Source: Candidatus Hodarchaeota archaeon (GTDB lineage: Archaea; Asgardarchaeota; Lokiarchaeia; Sigyniarchaeales; SOKP01). From it: a stretch of DNA of 64,000 nt. This document shows, in pieces, positions 29,358 through 38,808 of this stretch. The DNA is taken from positions 32,001-96,000 of the forward strand of contig JBHLKM010000015.1 of the NCBI GenBank assembly GCA_048886685.1, written 5' to 3'. The notes beneath the pieces were generated by a model. That model saw nothing but the letters and a program-made list of their open reading frames with translations, ran no database searches and was not told where the DNA came from. Every line of letters starts with the position of its first letter. Positions within the stretch are counted from its first letter, which is position 1. The position numbers and the translations under genes are program-made.

Positions 29358-29711
29358 ATGTCAAAAGTTAGGAAAAAACAAATTGAGCGTCAAAAAGTTC
29401 TTTCAGAATTAGATATCAAATTTGAAAAAATTATTCAATTTTCTGGTTGGATATTCTTACTTGTTTTTGGGGGTTTTATTGGAGGTTGGATATTGCTAGA
29501 TACGATGTTAGAAATAATAGATTTAAGTGTAGGTGCTATAACTTTTAGCTTCATAATATTTACTGGAACGAACTCAGCGGTTAGTTTTGGTGTAGCATCA
29601 AAAGTAAAAAAGGACCGAAGTAAAAAAAGAGAAATTTTTCTTGATTGGTTATTAGGAGAATTTCTTTTGTGCATGTTTGCAATATTTTCTGTTGCTGCAT
29701 ATCAATGGTGA
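29358..29711 (+). CDS. Hypothetical membrane protein (3 TM)
   Basis: Hydrophobic segments with a basic N-terminus. Confidence 0.7.
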   Translation: MSKVRKKQIERQKVLSELDIKFEKIIQFSGWIFLLVFGGFIGGWILLDTMLEIIDLSVGAITFSFIIFTGTNSAVSFGVASKVKKDRSKKREIFLDWLLGEFLLCMFAIFSVAAYQW

Positions 29712-29768
29712 ATGTCTCTTTTTTTATTCACTCTTTCTAGTCTGAAGATTATAAAAATAAAAAAAGAA

Positions 29769-30098
29769 TCATTTATAGTCTTCTCTGGCAGGATGGAAAA
29801 TATCAATCACTTCAGAATCTTCCAAAATTATAGCCCCATGTTTTTCATTTGAGTTAAAAATATATCCATCACCCGTTTTCGCTATAAATTCACCCTTTTC
29901 TGTAAGGATTTTTAATTTTCCCTCTATTACATATCCAATTTGGTCTTCCTTGTGAGAGTGGATGGGGACCTCTGCATTTTGTTCAAGTTTAAAATGGCAT
30001 AACATAAGATTATTATTAAATAATAACGTTTTTCTATAAACTCCTTCAAAAACTCTAATTTGTTTAATATTTTCCTTACTCATGATATTTTTCATCAT
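29769..30098 (-). CDS. Cupin-domain protein
   Basis: HSHKEDQ.GYVIEG, H.A and IDIFHPAREDY motifs. Confidence 0.88.
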   Translation of the reverse strand: MMKNIMSKENIKQIRVFEGVYRKTLLFNNNLMLCHFKLEQNAEVPIHSHKEDQIGYVIEGKLKILTEKGEFIAKTGDGYIFNSNEKHGAIILEDSEVIDIFHPAREDYK

Positions 30099-30440
30099 TA
30101 TAACTTCCCCCTATTAAACCAATTTGATAAATTTTTTTGTTTAAATACTCACATATTCATTTGTTAAGTAATTATTTAATTTCAAATTTAATAAAGACTG
30201 TAATTTCCTCGACAAAATTTTAGGAGAATGGCAAGTCCAAAAATGATAAATTACAAATCAATTACACTCCAAATAATTATGTATTTTTTTCTGATTTAAA
30301 CAACCAACAAAAGATATTGCAAATAAAGTGTTAATAAAATAACTTTAAATTGGAGAAATAAATAAATTTTTATATCAAAAGAGGTAAAATATTAACGATA
30401 ATAAAGAATTAATAATTCTCTTAGTTCAGATCACGGCACC

Positions 30441-30454
30441 GACAAAATTTTGTC
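30441..30454. promoter_or_regulatory. Perfect 14 bp palindrome upstream of nrdD (candidate operator)
   Basis: GACAAAATTTTGTC, with a partial second copy GACAAAATTTT at 30211-30221 in the same intergenic region. Confidence 0.45.
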
Positions 30455-30526
30455 TATTTAAGGATATTAGGTTATAGTTCTTTATTGTTAAAGATAATTT
30501 GAATTTGAAAAAACAGAGGTTATAGA

Positions 30527-33500
30527 TTGGTATTGTTATCAGATCCTAAAACTATAAAAGAAAAAGATGGCAAAAAAATAAAGAGGAATTATTTAACAAA
30601 ATTATTACCTCGAGTTTTTAGAACTGAAGGTGATGTTGTACCTTTTGAACCAATTAAAATTGAACAGAGTCTTATTAGAGAAACTGGTTTAGATCAAAGA
30701 TCTGCTGATAGAATTACTGAACTTGTTGTTAGAAGAATAATTTCTTCAGGGATTAAATTTCTATCAGGTCCGCATATTCGAGAAATCGTTTGTTCAATTT
30801 TATCGGAACAACATTTTGAAGAAGAACGTAAAATATATACTAGAATTGGAATGCCAATAATGGATTATGAAGCTATTTTAGAATATGGTGTTGATGAAAA
30901 TGCAAATCAAGATATGAATCCAGAAAGTATTCATCATTGGGCAGCGAATAGAATTTCCGATGAATACGCATTATTGAGAATTTTGGATTCAGAAGAGGCG
31001 CACGCTCATTTATTTGGTGATCTCCATGTTCATATGCTTCGGTATTTCGATTTAAGACCTTTTTGCGTAGATGGTAGTACAAAAATTCCCGTAATCAATA
31101 GAGAAGGGATACTAAACTATATAGAAGCAAAATATTTTGACATTTTTTTTGATGATGAGTCTTATATGAATATTTATAATGAAGGTTATTATTTTTATAC
31201 TCCGAGTGGACCTAGACGAGTGAAAATCGTATCACGAAGAGAATCTGATCCTACTATGTATAAAGTTGTAACTGAGAAAGGAAAAGAAATTATATTAAGT
31301 GAAGATCATAAAATCATGGTCTTTAATAACCATATTCCTGAAGAAATGTCTGTGTCTAATTTAAAAACTGGCGATAAAATTAAGATTTTAGATACCTTAG
31401 TTCACCATAGAAATCTTAATGAGATTAATCTAATAGAATATTTAGAAAAAAAATGCTCATTAGAAGATTTAGAGACTATATACGTAAGAAATCTTAGAGA
31501 AGAACTTCTACATATTAAACATCAACATTCTATTTCATGGGGTGATGTTTTTCAAAAAGCAGAAATATTAGATTATCCTAGAAGTTGGGAATCAGGAAAT
31601 ATACCTATAATTAAAGCAATAAATCTAATTAGAGAATATAATATTGAAATATCTAATTTAGAAATAGGTACTGTAGGTTCTCCATATTTCTTACCTGCTA
31701 TATTACCTATCACCCCATCTCTCCTACAATTAGTAGGTTATTTCGTCTCTGAAGGAAATTATGATATTTCTGAAGGTAATTATTATAATTTAACATTGAC
31801 TAACAGTGATCCTAGGATTTTAGCCGATATGAGATTGTGTATTGAAAATTCATTTGACACGTTTATAACTCCCTGTGAGATTGAAGGTAAAGCACCCCAA
31901 TTATTTTTTGGGGGTAAACTAATTTATCTTCTTTTTAAATATGTTTTCGGAATAAAGTCTAAAGCTGAGAACAAAAGTTTAGGTGAAATTTTTAATAATT
32001 TATCAATTCGATCATTATACTATCTTTTGAAAACTATGTTCAGTGGCGATGGTCATATTGTATATCGTCCTGAAAAAGCAGATTGTGAAATAACTTACAC
32101 ATCAAAATCAAAATCTCTAATTGACTTTTTAAGTTTTACATTATCTTCCTTCGATATTCGCCATAGTATAAAAAATGAAGAATATGAATATAATTTTCCT
32201 CCATACCAAGGTGAGGGAATAGAATATAGAATTCATATTTATGGACATAGAAATATAGTGCGTTTGAATTCAATTATGGGTTTTGTGCAGCAAGAAAAAC
32301 AAAATAAATTAGAAAGATTTCTTAGAGATCATCAACCAATTTTTACTGAAACTAATCTACCTTACGAATATATAAAAGAAATAATTCCTGTACCTCCAAC
32401 ACATCCTTATGTTTATGATTTTTCTTTAGAAGGTGATGATTCTTGGGAGGAGCATACTTTTTATGCTGGAAATATATTGATCCATAACTGTCAAGAATGG
32501 GATCCACGAATGGTTCTAGAACATGGATTACCTCCAGTGGAGAGTTGGGTACATTGCAGTAAATCAGGACCCGCAGGTAGCTTACGTGTAGCGGTTACTC
32601 ATCTTGCTAAATGGTTGGGGATTATTCAGGGGGAATTTAGTGGAGGACAGGGGTATGATTATATAACTACGTTTTTGGCACCGTATGCTCGGGGTGTTTC
32701 TAATAGAGAAATTGAGCAATCAATGCAATGTTTAATATTTGAAACTAATCAAATATTTGCAGCAAGAGGAGGACAAGTTCCATTTACTTCAATCTCCTGT
32801 ACTCCAACAGTACCAGATGGTTTATTAAATATAACTGCAGTTGGACCTCATGGAAAAATAGAAGGAACTTACGGTGATTATAAAGATGAATGTCTTAGAC
32901 TCTTTGATGCTTTGACTGATGTTTATATCCAAGGGGATCATAATGGAAAACTATTTGCTTTCCCGAAACATGAGATTAAAATTAAAAAAGAATGGCTAAG
33001 TGAATTTGAGCCATCTTATTTAAAACTGATGGAAGAAGTTGCAACAATGGGAACTCCTTACTTTCTTAACATGTGTCCAGATTGGATGCCTGATGAAATT
33101 CATAGCCAATGTTGCAGAAAATTCTTAAGTGGTAATCAAATAATAGAACAATGTATTCTCGATCCCGAAAAGCGAAAAAACACTAATGTATGGGAGAATT
33201 ATGTGACAATTGGTTCATTACAAAGTGTTAGTTTAAATTTACCTCGCTATGCTTACCTTTCCAGTGATATAGATGATTATTTTACAATATTGGACGAGAA
33301 AATGGAACTTTCAGCAAGAATTCTTAGAAAAAAATGGAATTTAATGGAAAGAAGATTAAAAACAGGTCATTTACCTTTATGTAGTGGTAAAATTAATGGC
33401 AAACCTATTTTCAATATTAATGAACAGAATCTTTCAATCGGTTTTACTGGACTAAATGAAGCGGTGAAAAGCCTAACTGAATATGAATTACATGAGAATG

Positions 33501-34081
33501 ATACTGCTTACGAATTAGGGAAAAAAATATTAAGTTATATGGTCGCTAAATGCAATAGTATGACAGAGAGAGATAAAAAATATTACTCTTTATGGCAACA
33601 ACCCGCAGAATCAACTTCTGGTAGATTAGCAAAACTGGATCTCAAACATTTTCCAAATAAAGCGATTCCTCAATCATCTGGCAATTCTGTGTATTATACT
33701 AATTCTGATCATATTCGTTATGATGCAGATATATCATTATCAAGAAGAATACAATTACAAGCAGATTATCACCCTATTGTGAATGGAGGAGTGATTACTC
33801 ATATTTGGCTTGGAGAACAAAAACCTGATATCGATGGGTTATGGGAACTGACTAAAAATATTTGTCTCAATACAAACACCGCGTATTTTGCTTATACGAT
33901 TGATTTTATTTATTGCCCCTCATGTAGGAGAATGTTTAGAGGAACTCAATTTAATTGTCCCAGATGTAATTCTGACAATGTAAAAGTATATTCAAGAGTT
34001 ACAGGATATTACAGTGAAGTAAATAGATATAATCCTGGAAAAAGAGCAGAATGGGATACAAGAAAGAGATATAACTTGTAA
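30527..34081 (+). CDS. nrdD: Anaerobic (class III) ribonucleoside-triphosphate reductase with ATP cone and intein
   Basis: N-terminal ATP cone, GDLHVH, ARGGQVPFTS, SQCCR, SLNLPR, PAEST, YYTNS, zinc ribbon and glycyl-radical motif SRVTGYY. Confidence 0.96.
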   Translation: MVLLSDPKTIKEKDGKKIKRNYLTKLLPRVFRTEGDVVPFEPIKIEQSLIRETGLDQRSADRITELVVRRIISSGIKFLSGPHIREIVCSILSEQHFEEERKIYTRIGMPIMDYEAILEYGVDENANQDMNPESIHHWAANRISDEYALLRILDSEEAHAHLFGDLHVHMLRYFDLRPFCVDGSTKIPVINREGILNYIEAKYFDIFFDDESYMNIYNEGYYFYTPSGPRRVKIVSRRESDPTMYKVVTEKGKEIILSEDHKIMVFNNHIPEEMSVSNLKTGDKIKILDTLVHHRNLNEINLIEYLEKKCSLEDLETIYVRNLREELLHIKHQHSISWGDVFQKAEILDYPRSWESGNIPIIKAINLIREYNIEISNLEIGTVGSPYFLPAILPITPSLLQLVGYFVSEGNYDISEGNYYNLTLTNSDPRILADMRLCIENSFDTFITPCEIEGKAPQLFFGGKLIYLLFKYVFGIKSKAENKSLGEIFNNLSIRSLYYLLKTMFSGDGHIVYRPEKADCEITYTSKSKSLIDFLSFTLSSFDIRHSIKNEEYEYNFPPYQGEGIEYRIHIYGHRNIVRLNSIMGFVQQEKQNKLERFLRDHQPIFTETNLPYEYIKEIIPVPPTHPYVYDFSLEGDDSWEEHTFYAGNILIHNCQEWDPRMVLEHGLPPVESWVHCSKSGPAGSLRVAVTHLAKWLGIIQGEFSGGQGYDYITTFLAPYARGVSNREIEQSMQCLIFETNQIFAARGGQVPFTSISCTPTVPDGLLNITAVGPHGKIEGTYGDYKDECLRLFDALTDVYIQGDHNGKLFAFPKHEIKIKKEWLSEFEPSYLKLMEEVATMGTPYFLNMCPDWMPDEIHSQCCRKFLSGNQIIEQCILDPEKRKNTNVWENYVTIGSLQSVSLNLPRYAYLSSDIDDYFTILDEKMELSARILRKKWNLMERRLKTGHLPLCSGKINGKPIFNINEQNLSIGFTGLNEAVKSLTEYELHENDTAYELGKKILSYMVAKCNSMTERDKKYYSLWQQPAESTSGRLAKLDLKHFPNKAIPQSSGNSVYYTNSDHIRYDADISLSRRIQLQADYHPIVNGGVITHIWLGEQKPDIDGLWELTKNICLNTNTAYFAYTIDFIYCPSCRRMFRGTQFNCPRCNSDNVKVYSRVTGYYSEVNRYNPGKRAEWDTRKRYNL
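31064..32488 (+). mobile_element. Intein (475 aa) with LAGLIDADG homing endonuclease in NrdD
   Basis: PF|CVDGST N-terminal junction, block B SEDHK, endonuclease blocks LVGYFVSEG and LKTMFSGDG, VYDFSL block F and ILIHN|C C-terminal junction. Confidence 0.93.
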
Positions 34082-34238
34082 CTTACAAAATTAAATGAGA
34101 AAATTTACATTAAGCTAATAATAGATCCAAGATTCTCACTTTTTCGTAATTTTATACTTATAAATAATAAAAACTCTTCTGATATAATTTATCAATAAAT
34201 TTTTTAAATGCTTCATCAATTTCCATTTTTATCTCTGT

Positions 34239-34880
34239 TCACGTAATCAGTTTTGGAAAGAAACGTCCGGTTTTGGCTACATAATCATCATAAATTTCAC
34301 CAAACATTTCTTGTAACATCTTTTCTTCCCCTCTAGCTTGGTAGGGGAGTGCTAGAAAACCAATCAAACCGAAAAATATCATCCAAGTTCCAATTGCTAG
34401 AAAAATGAAAAAATTTTCAAACACACCCGCAATATATGCTGGATGGCGAATATATTTATATGGTCCCCCAGTAGCAAGCACATATTCCTTTTCTTTCATT
34501 TGGCTGGTACAAAAAGTGTAATTGATATTATATATAAAAATTAATGATACCCAAATGCCAAGTAACCACATTCCAATAATACCTATCCAATTCACCCATA
34601 TTGGTTGATTGATAATGGATATAAAATCCCAATGACCAAATATACTATGAAAAATAAAGTCAATTAATATGATATAAGAAAATAATATCCCAAATCCAAC
34701 AGCTATTTGTGACCATCGCCTTCCGGGTAATCGCTTATTATTGATTGGAGCATTTTTTCTAACAATAATAGATCCTTTAGGTAATTTATTTCCTCGAATT
34801 TTTTTAACGATCGGAGGGAGTATAAATTTGATTGTCCATATACCAAAAATGGTGAATAATAATATAGAAATATTTAACAT
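34239..34880 (-). CDS. Isoprenylcysteine carboxyl methyltransferase (ICMT/PEMT)-family membrane protein
   Basis: L.TGGPYKYIRHPAY, EEKML..FGE.Y..Y...TGRFFP; TM helices. Confidence 0.85.
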   Translation of the reverse strand: MLNISILLFTIFGIWTIKFILPPIVKKIRGNKLPKGSIIVRKNAPINNKRLPGRRWSQIAVGFGILFSYIILIDFIFHSIFGHWDFISIINQPIWVNWIGIIGMWLLGIWVSLIFIYNINYTFCTSQMKEKEYVLATGGPYKYIRHPAYIAGVFENFFIFLAIGTWMIFFGLIGFLALPYQARGEEKMLQEMFGEIYDDYVAKTGRFFPKLIT

Positions 34881-35048
34881 GATAAAATCACCTAAAAAGA
34901 ATAAAATGATACATAGATATATAACGTTTAATTAAATAATGATTTTATTTCTCAAAAAGGTTAACATAAAAAAAGTAGAATATTATTTTTTCCAAAACAA
35001 AAGATTTGGAAATGGCAATAAGATTTTGGGATAGTCACACTTCAGTTT

Positions 35049-35250
35049 ACTAAAAATTTACGTTTTACTACAAATATAGTCTATTTTGCTTATACTATTG
35101 ATTTTGTTTATATTCCATCATGTAGGAAAATGTTTAGAGGGACTCAATTTAATTGTCTTATATGTAATTCTGATGATGGAAAAGTTTAATCAAGAGTTAC
35201 AGGATATTATAGAGAAGTTAATAGATATAATCCCGAAAAAAGCGGAATAG
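35049..35250 (+). pseudogene. Decayed duplicate of the nrdD 3' end (homologous to ~33851-34055)
   Basis: Reads TKNLRFTTNIVYFAYTIDFVYIPSCRKMFRGTQFNCLICNSDDGKV*SRVTGYYREVNRYNPEK against TKNICLNTNTAYFAYTIDFIYCPSCRRMFRGTQFNCPRCNSDNVKVYSRVTGYYSEVNRYNPGK. In-frame TAA at 35187. Confidence 0.9.
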
Positions 35251-35329
35251 TAAGCTCGTAGACGTGAACAACTTTTTCAATAATTCTTATTTTTCTATTT
35301 TTTAAATATAATCCCATACTATAAGATAT

Positions 35330-35656
35330 ATGATTAAAGAGAACTTTTTTAAAGAAGTTCAAGAATTAGTGGACAATTGGATCCAAAACCATGGAGGATA
35401 CTGGTCTCCCTTATCAATGATTTGTGCAATTGTGGAAGAGTTAGGAGAAGTTGCGAGGGAAATTAACTCTCTTGAAGGATACAAGCCCAAAAAATCTAAT
35501 GATTTTAATTCAAATTTAGGAGAGGAATTAGCTGATCTTCTTTTTTCTATAATATGTATCGCTAATTATTATAAAGTTGATTTGGGAGAAGAATTGATTA
35601 ATATATTTGATAAATACTCCAAAAGAGACTCCAAACGATTTCAAGATTTAAAATAA
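35330..35656 (+). CDS. MazG-like nucleotide pyrophosphohydrolase (YpjD-like)
   Basis: YWSPL, EELGEVAREI and EELADLLF motifs. Confidence 0.9.
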   Translation: MIKENFFKEVQELVDNWIQNHGGYWSPLSMICAIVEELGEVAREINSLEGYKPKKSNDFNSNLGEELADLLFSIICIANYYKVDLGEELINIFDKYSKRDSKRFQDLK

Positions 35657-35928
35657 TGTCTTGCTGTTCAGTGGAATACTAATTTGAAATAATCTTTAAT
35701 GCAAGATTGTTTCCCTTTCTGTTTGGTATATTCAATTTTAAATACCTATTTCTAATATTGAACTCGCTAATTATTTTTTTTATTATTATATTAAAATCAG
35801 TCTTATATCAAATCTACAGCTCCTAAATCATATTATCAACAAAAAAATATATACTCGTATTTATTACTATTTAATATTTAGTAAAAATTTATTTGGGAGT
35901 TTAATTTCATAAAATTTGATTTAGTGAT

Positions 35929-36708
35929 ATGGGGAAAGAAAAAAAGTCATTAGGGATAAAAACAACTAGATACTTTACTAAAAATTGTTCTAAATGTGGC
36001 TTTGAATATCCTAACTGGTTTACAAATTGTCCGAAATGTGGTGCTGCGTGGGATGAAATGGAAGCAAAAGCATTTTCTGGTGTTGAGGCAGATCAAAGGA
36101 AAACAATCAAAATTGTTGTAAAGATAACTGAAGAAGATTTTAACAAAGCCATATTATATGTAAACTTAATTTTTAGCGCGGATCAAGGAAAATCATGGTA
36201 TCAAATGCCAATGGACACAAAAATGGATTATTTCATTGCTGAAATTGACGAAATTCCTACAGGTTCAATTATCATTTATTACATCGAAGTTTATTTAGAG
36301 AATGGAGAGAGAATTATTGAGAATAATAATAATCAATATTATTACTATAAAGTAGGGGTATCTATTGGTGAACCTGAAGAGAAAACTACTGAAAGTGAAA
36401 AGAAAGCGTTTAAAGACCAAATTCAGGAATCTCCAATCAAACCACAACAATATTTAAAGAGTACTAGCGAGCCTCAAAAATCAGGGACTTATGTAACTAG
36501 AAATATAGTTGATCAATCAACAAGGATTCCTCAAGAATCAATTAAATCCAATGCAAATACTATTACTCAGAAGCAAACCGCAAAAGATTTGACGATTTTT
36601 GGCAAACCTCAAACTAAAATTGATCCTGAATTAAAAGTTTGTACTTATTGTAAATCTAAGATAAAGAAAATGTGGAGTATCTGCCCTATTTGTGGAAAAG
36701 ATTTATAA
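35929..36708 (+). CDS. Double zinc-ribbon protein with central beta-rich (Ig-like) domain
   Basis: CSKC...CPKC at the N-terminus, CTYC...CPIC at the C-terminus, and central SADQGKSW...IPTGSIIIYYIE. Confidence 0.7.
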   Translation: MGKEKKSLGIKTTRYFTKNCSKCGFEYPNWFTNCPKCGAAWDEMEAKAFSGVEADQRKTIKIVVKITEEDFNKAILYVNLIFSADQGKSWYQMPMDTKMDYFIAEIDEIPTGSIIIYYIEVYLENGERIIENNNNQYYYYKVGVSIGEPEEKTTESEKKAFKDQIQESPIKPQQYLKSTSEPQKSGTYVTRNIVDQSTRIPQESIKSNANTITQKQTAKDLTIFGKPQTKIDPELKVCTYCKSKIKKMWSICPICGKDL

Positions 36709-36804
36709 CTAATTCTAATAATTAACTTGGATAACAAAAAATACTTTAAATTTTGAATTTAAAAGTTTAATTTTTGGTTTAGAAGTTAAATCTAAAAAAA
36801 ATAA

Positions 36805-38475
36805 CTATAAGCGGTTACCACACTTGTTGCAAAAAGCATAATCAGATGATAGGATAGCCCCACAATTTTTACAAACTATAAGCTCTTTACTACCTGATTG
36901 AGCAACTCCTCCTGCTGGTGATGGTGTTGGTTGAAGTGGTGTAAAACCACTAGATTTATTTCCGATATCAGCTGCATTTGGAATTATCCTCAGTTTACTC
37001 TCCTCCTGAATATGTGATTCTTTTTTTTCGCTAAATGGGACAAATTGGGATGATTGAGCTGTTGTTGTTTCTTCACCTTTCTGTGTTAAGGTCTGAAAAA
37101 GAGAAGGTGCATTTGTTGGTTCGCTTGCAGAAGTAGTAGGTGATATTGGGAAAGTATCGGTTAATTCTTCTTTCTCTTTCTTTTCTTTTTTAGGTTTTTC
37201 CTTCTTTTCTTTTTTAGGCTTTTTCATATCTTCTATTAGTTGTTTCTGCTTCTCCATATCTTCTTGAATTTTCTTTTCTTTCTCTTCCTTCTTCTTCTGT
37301 TTTTTCAATTTTTTCTTAGAATAAACAGGTTCAGGCATGTAATCCATTAAAGAATCAGATTTTGCTTGAGATTCTCCTTGCGATGTAATAAAAGGGGTGG
37401 GAGGTAGATCAGATTTTTGAGTAGTTGGTATTTCTTGAGAAGATTGAAATCCTTCCGGTGCTGGTGCTGGAATGGGGACTTTTGATGCAAAAGGAACCGT
37501 TTTTGGCTTGTAAGTTTCTTCAGTAGTGAATATAGCAGTCTTTTCAAAAGTTATAGAACTTTCAACACCCTCTTGCTTATCTTCAGCTAAAATTTCCTCA
37601 GGTGTTTTAAATTCAAATTCTATTGAATTACTTTGAATTTCTGGTTTTAGTTCAGGAATCGGTATTTCTGGCTCAAATTCTGACTCGAAAGAGGAACTGG
37701 AAGTGGGAGCCTTTATAATGGTAGGTTCTGGAACAGGAGGTGCTTCATATTCAAATTCTGGTTCTGGTTCGAATGTTATTACTGGTTCTTGGCTTGTTAT
37801 TGAAATAGGTTCAGGAACTGGAGGTGCAGAAAAGTCAATATTGGGCATTGCTTGAGGTGAGGAGGGTATATGGGTTTCAGTGCCCTCAATAGGTATAAAT
37901 CCAGGGCTAAATACAACATTATCGGAAATGAGCTGATCTGGGACTCCAGATCCGATCATTAGGCAGGCAAGAATATAGAAGCAATCTCCAACACCTTCTC
38001 CTGTTTTTGCAGAAGTCTCCATGTAATACAAATTGAAATCTCGAGTAAAATTATTGATTTCACTTAAAGAGACCGCTCTCTGATCTACTAAATCGCTCTT
38101 ATTACCAACTAATAATAAAGGAATTTCGGTTTTTACATTCGTTCTAACTTCTTCAATCCATTGAGGTAAATGTTCAAAACTAGCAGAATTCGTTAAATCA
38201 AAAATTAATAGAGCGCCTAATGATCCTCGATAATACATCGGTCTAATTGAACTAAATCGTTCTTGTCCGCCAGTATCCCATATTTGGAGTTTTGCCCTAA
38301 TTGGTCCTTGATTAGAATCAATATTAATTGTTTTTACGTGAAAATCTACACCGATTGTCATTTTATAATCCTCTGTAAAGAAGCCTTTGGAAAACCTGAG
38401 AGTTAAAGCGGTCTTTCCCACGCCTCCATCTCCTACAACAATCGATTTAAAAAGATAGTCATATTCTTCTTCCAT
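36805..38475 (-). CDS. Rab-like small GTPase with long Pro/Glu-rich tail and C-terminal zinc ribbon
   Basis: GDGGVGKT, TIGVDF, KLQIWDTGGQERF, YYRG, NKSD and ETSAK; ~350 aa low-complexity tail; CKNC...CNKC. Confidence 0.92.
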   Translation of the reverse strand: MEEEYDYLFKSIVVGDGGVGKTALTLRFSKGFFTEDYKMTIGVDFHVKTINIDSNQGPIRAKLQIWDTGGQERFSSIRPMYYRGSLGALLIFDLTNSASFEHLPQWIEEVRTNVKTEIPLLLVGNKSDLVDQRAVSLSEINNFTRDFNLYYMETSAKTGEGVGDCFYILACLMIGSGVPDQLISDNVVFSPGFIPIEGTETHIPSSPQAMPNIDFSAPPVPEPISITSQEPVITFEPEPEFEYEAPPVPEPTIIKAPTSSSSFESEFEPEIPIPELKPEIQSNSIEFEFKTPEEILAEDKQEGVESSITFEKTAIFTTEETYKPKTVPFASKVPIPAPAPEGFQSSQEIPTTQKSDLPPTPFITSQGESQAKSDSLMDYMPEPVYSKKKLKKQKKKEEKEKKIQEDMEKQKQLIEDMKKPKKEKKEKPKKEKKEKEELTDTFPISPTTSASEPTNAPSLFQTLTQKGEETTTAQSSQFVPFSEKKESHIQEESKLRIIPNAADIGNKSSGFTPLQPTPSPAGGVAQSGSKELIVCKNCGAILSSDYAFCNKCGNRL

Positions 38476-38808
38476 TACAGTTCCTCTGTTTACGATTCAC
38501 TTTAATCTATTTAAAAAATTTTCAAAAATGTTCAAACTTCTATATATTATAACTATAAATACAAATTTATAATTTTATTTATATCTATAAAACCGTATTC
38601 CGTCATGATACTAATAATAAAATAAGTTATTGGGGTAATATGCTTTAAGTATTTTTTAAAAATTGATCACTAGTAGAAAGATTATAGATTTAATGTTGTA
38701 TTAAGGCATTAAATAATTCAATTTAAGATTTCTTCATTTATTTGTTAAAAAAATTTTTTATAGAAGATTCATATACTTTTTACAAGTTTTAATTGGAAGT
38801 GGATCATC

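Noticed and set aside
33851-35250. Diversity-generating retroelement TR/VR pair
   Set aside because: Differences are not adenine-specific, many are synonymous, the target is a housekeeping enzyme, and no reverse transcriptase is present.
35666-35678. Second ORB-like sequence GTTCAGTGGAATA
   Set aside because: Poorer match, isolated, and not near replication genes.
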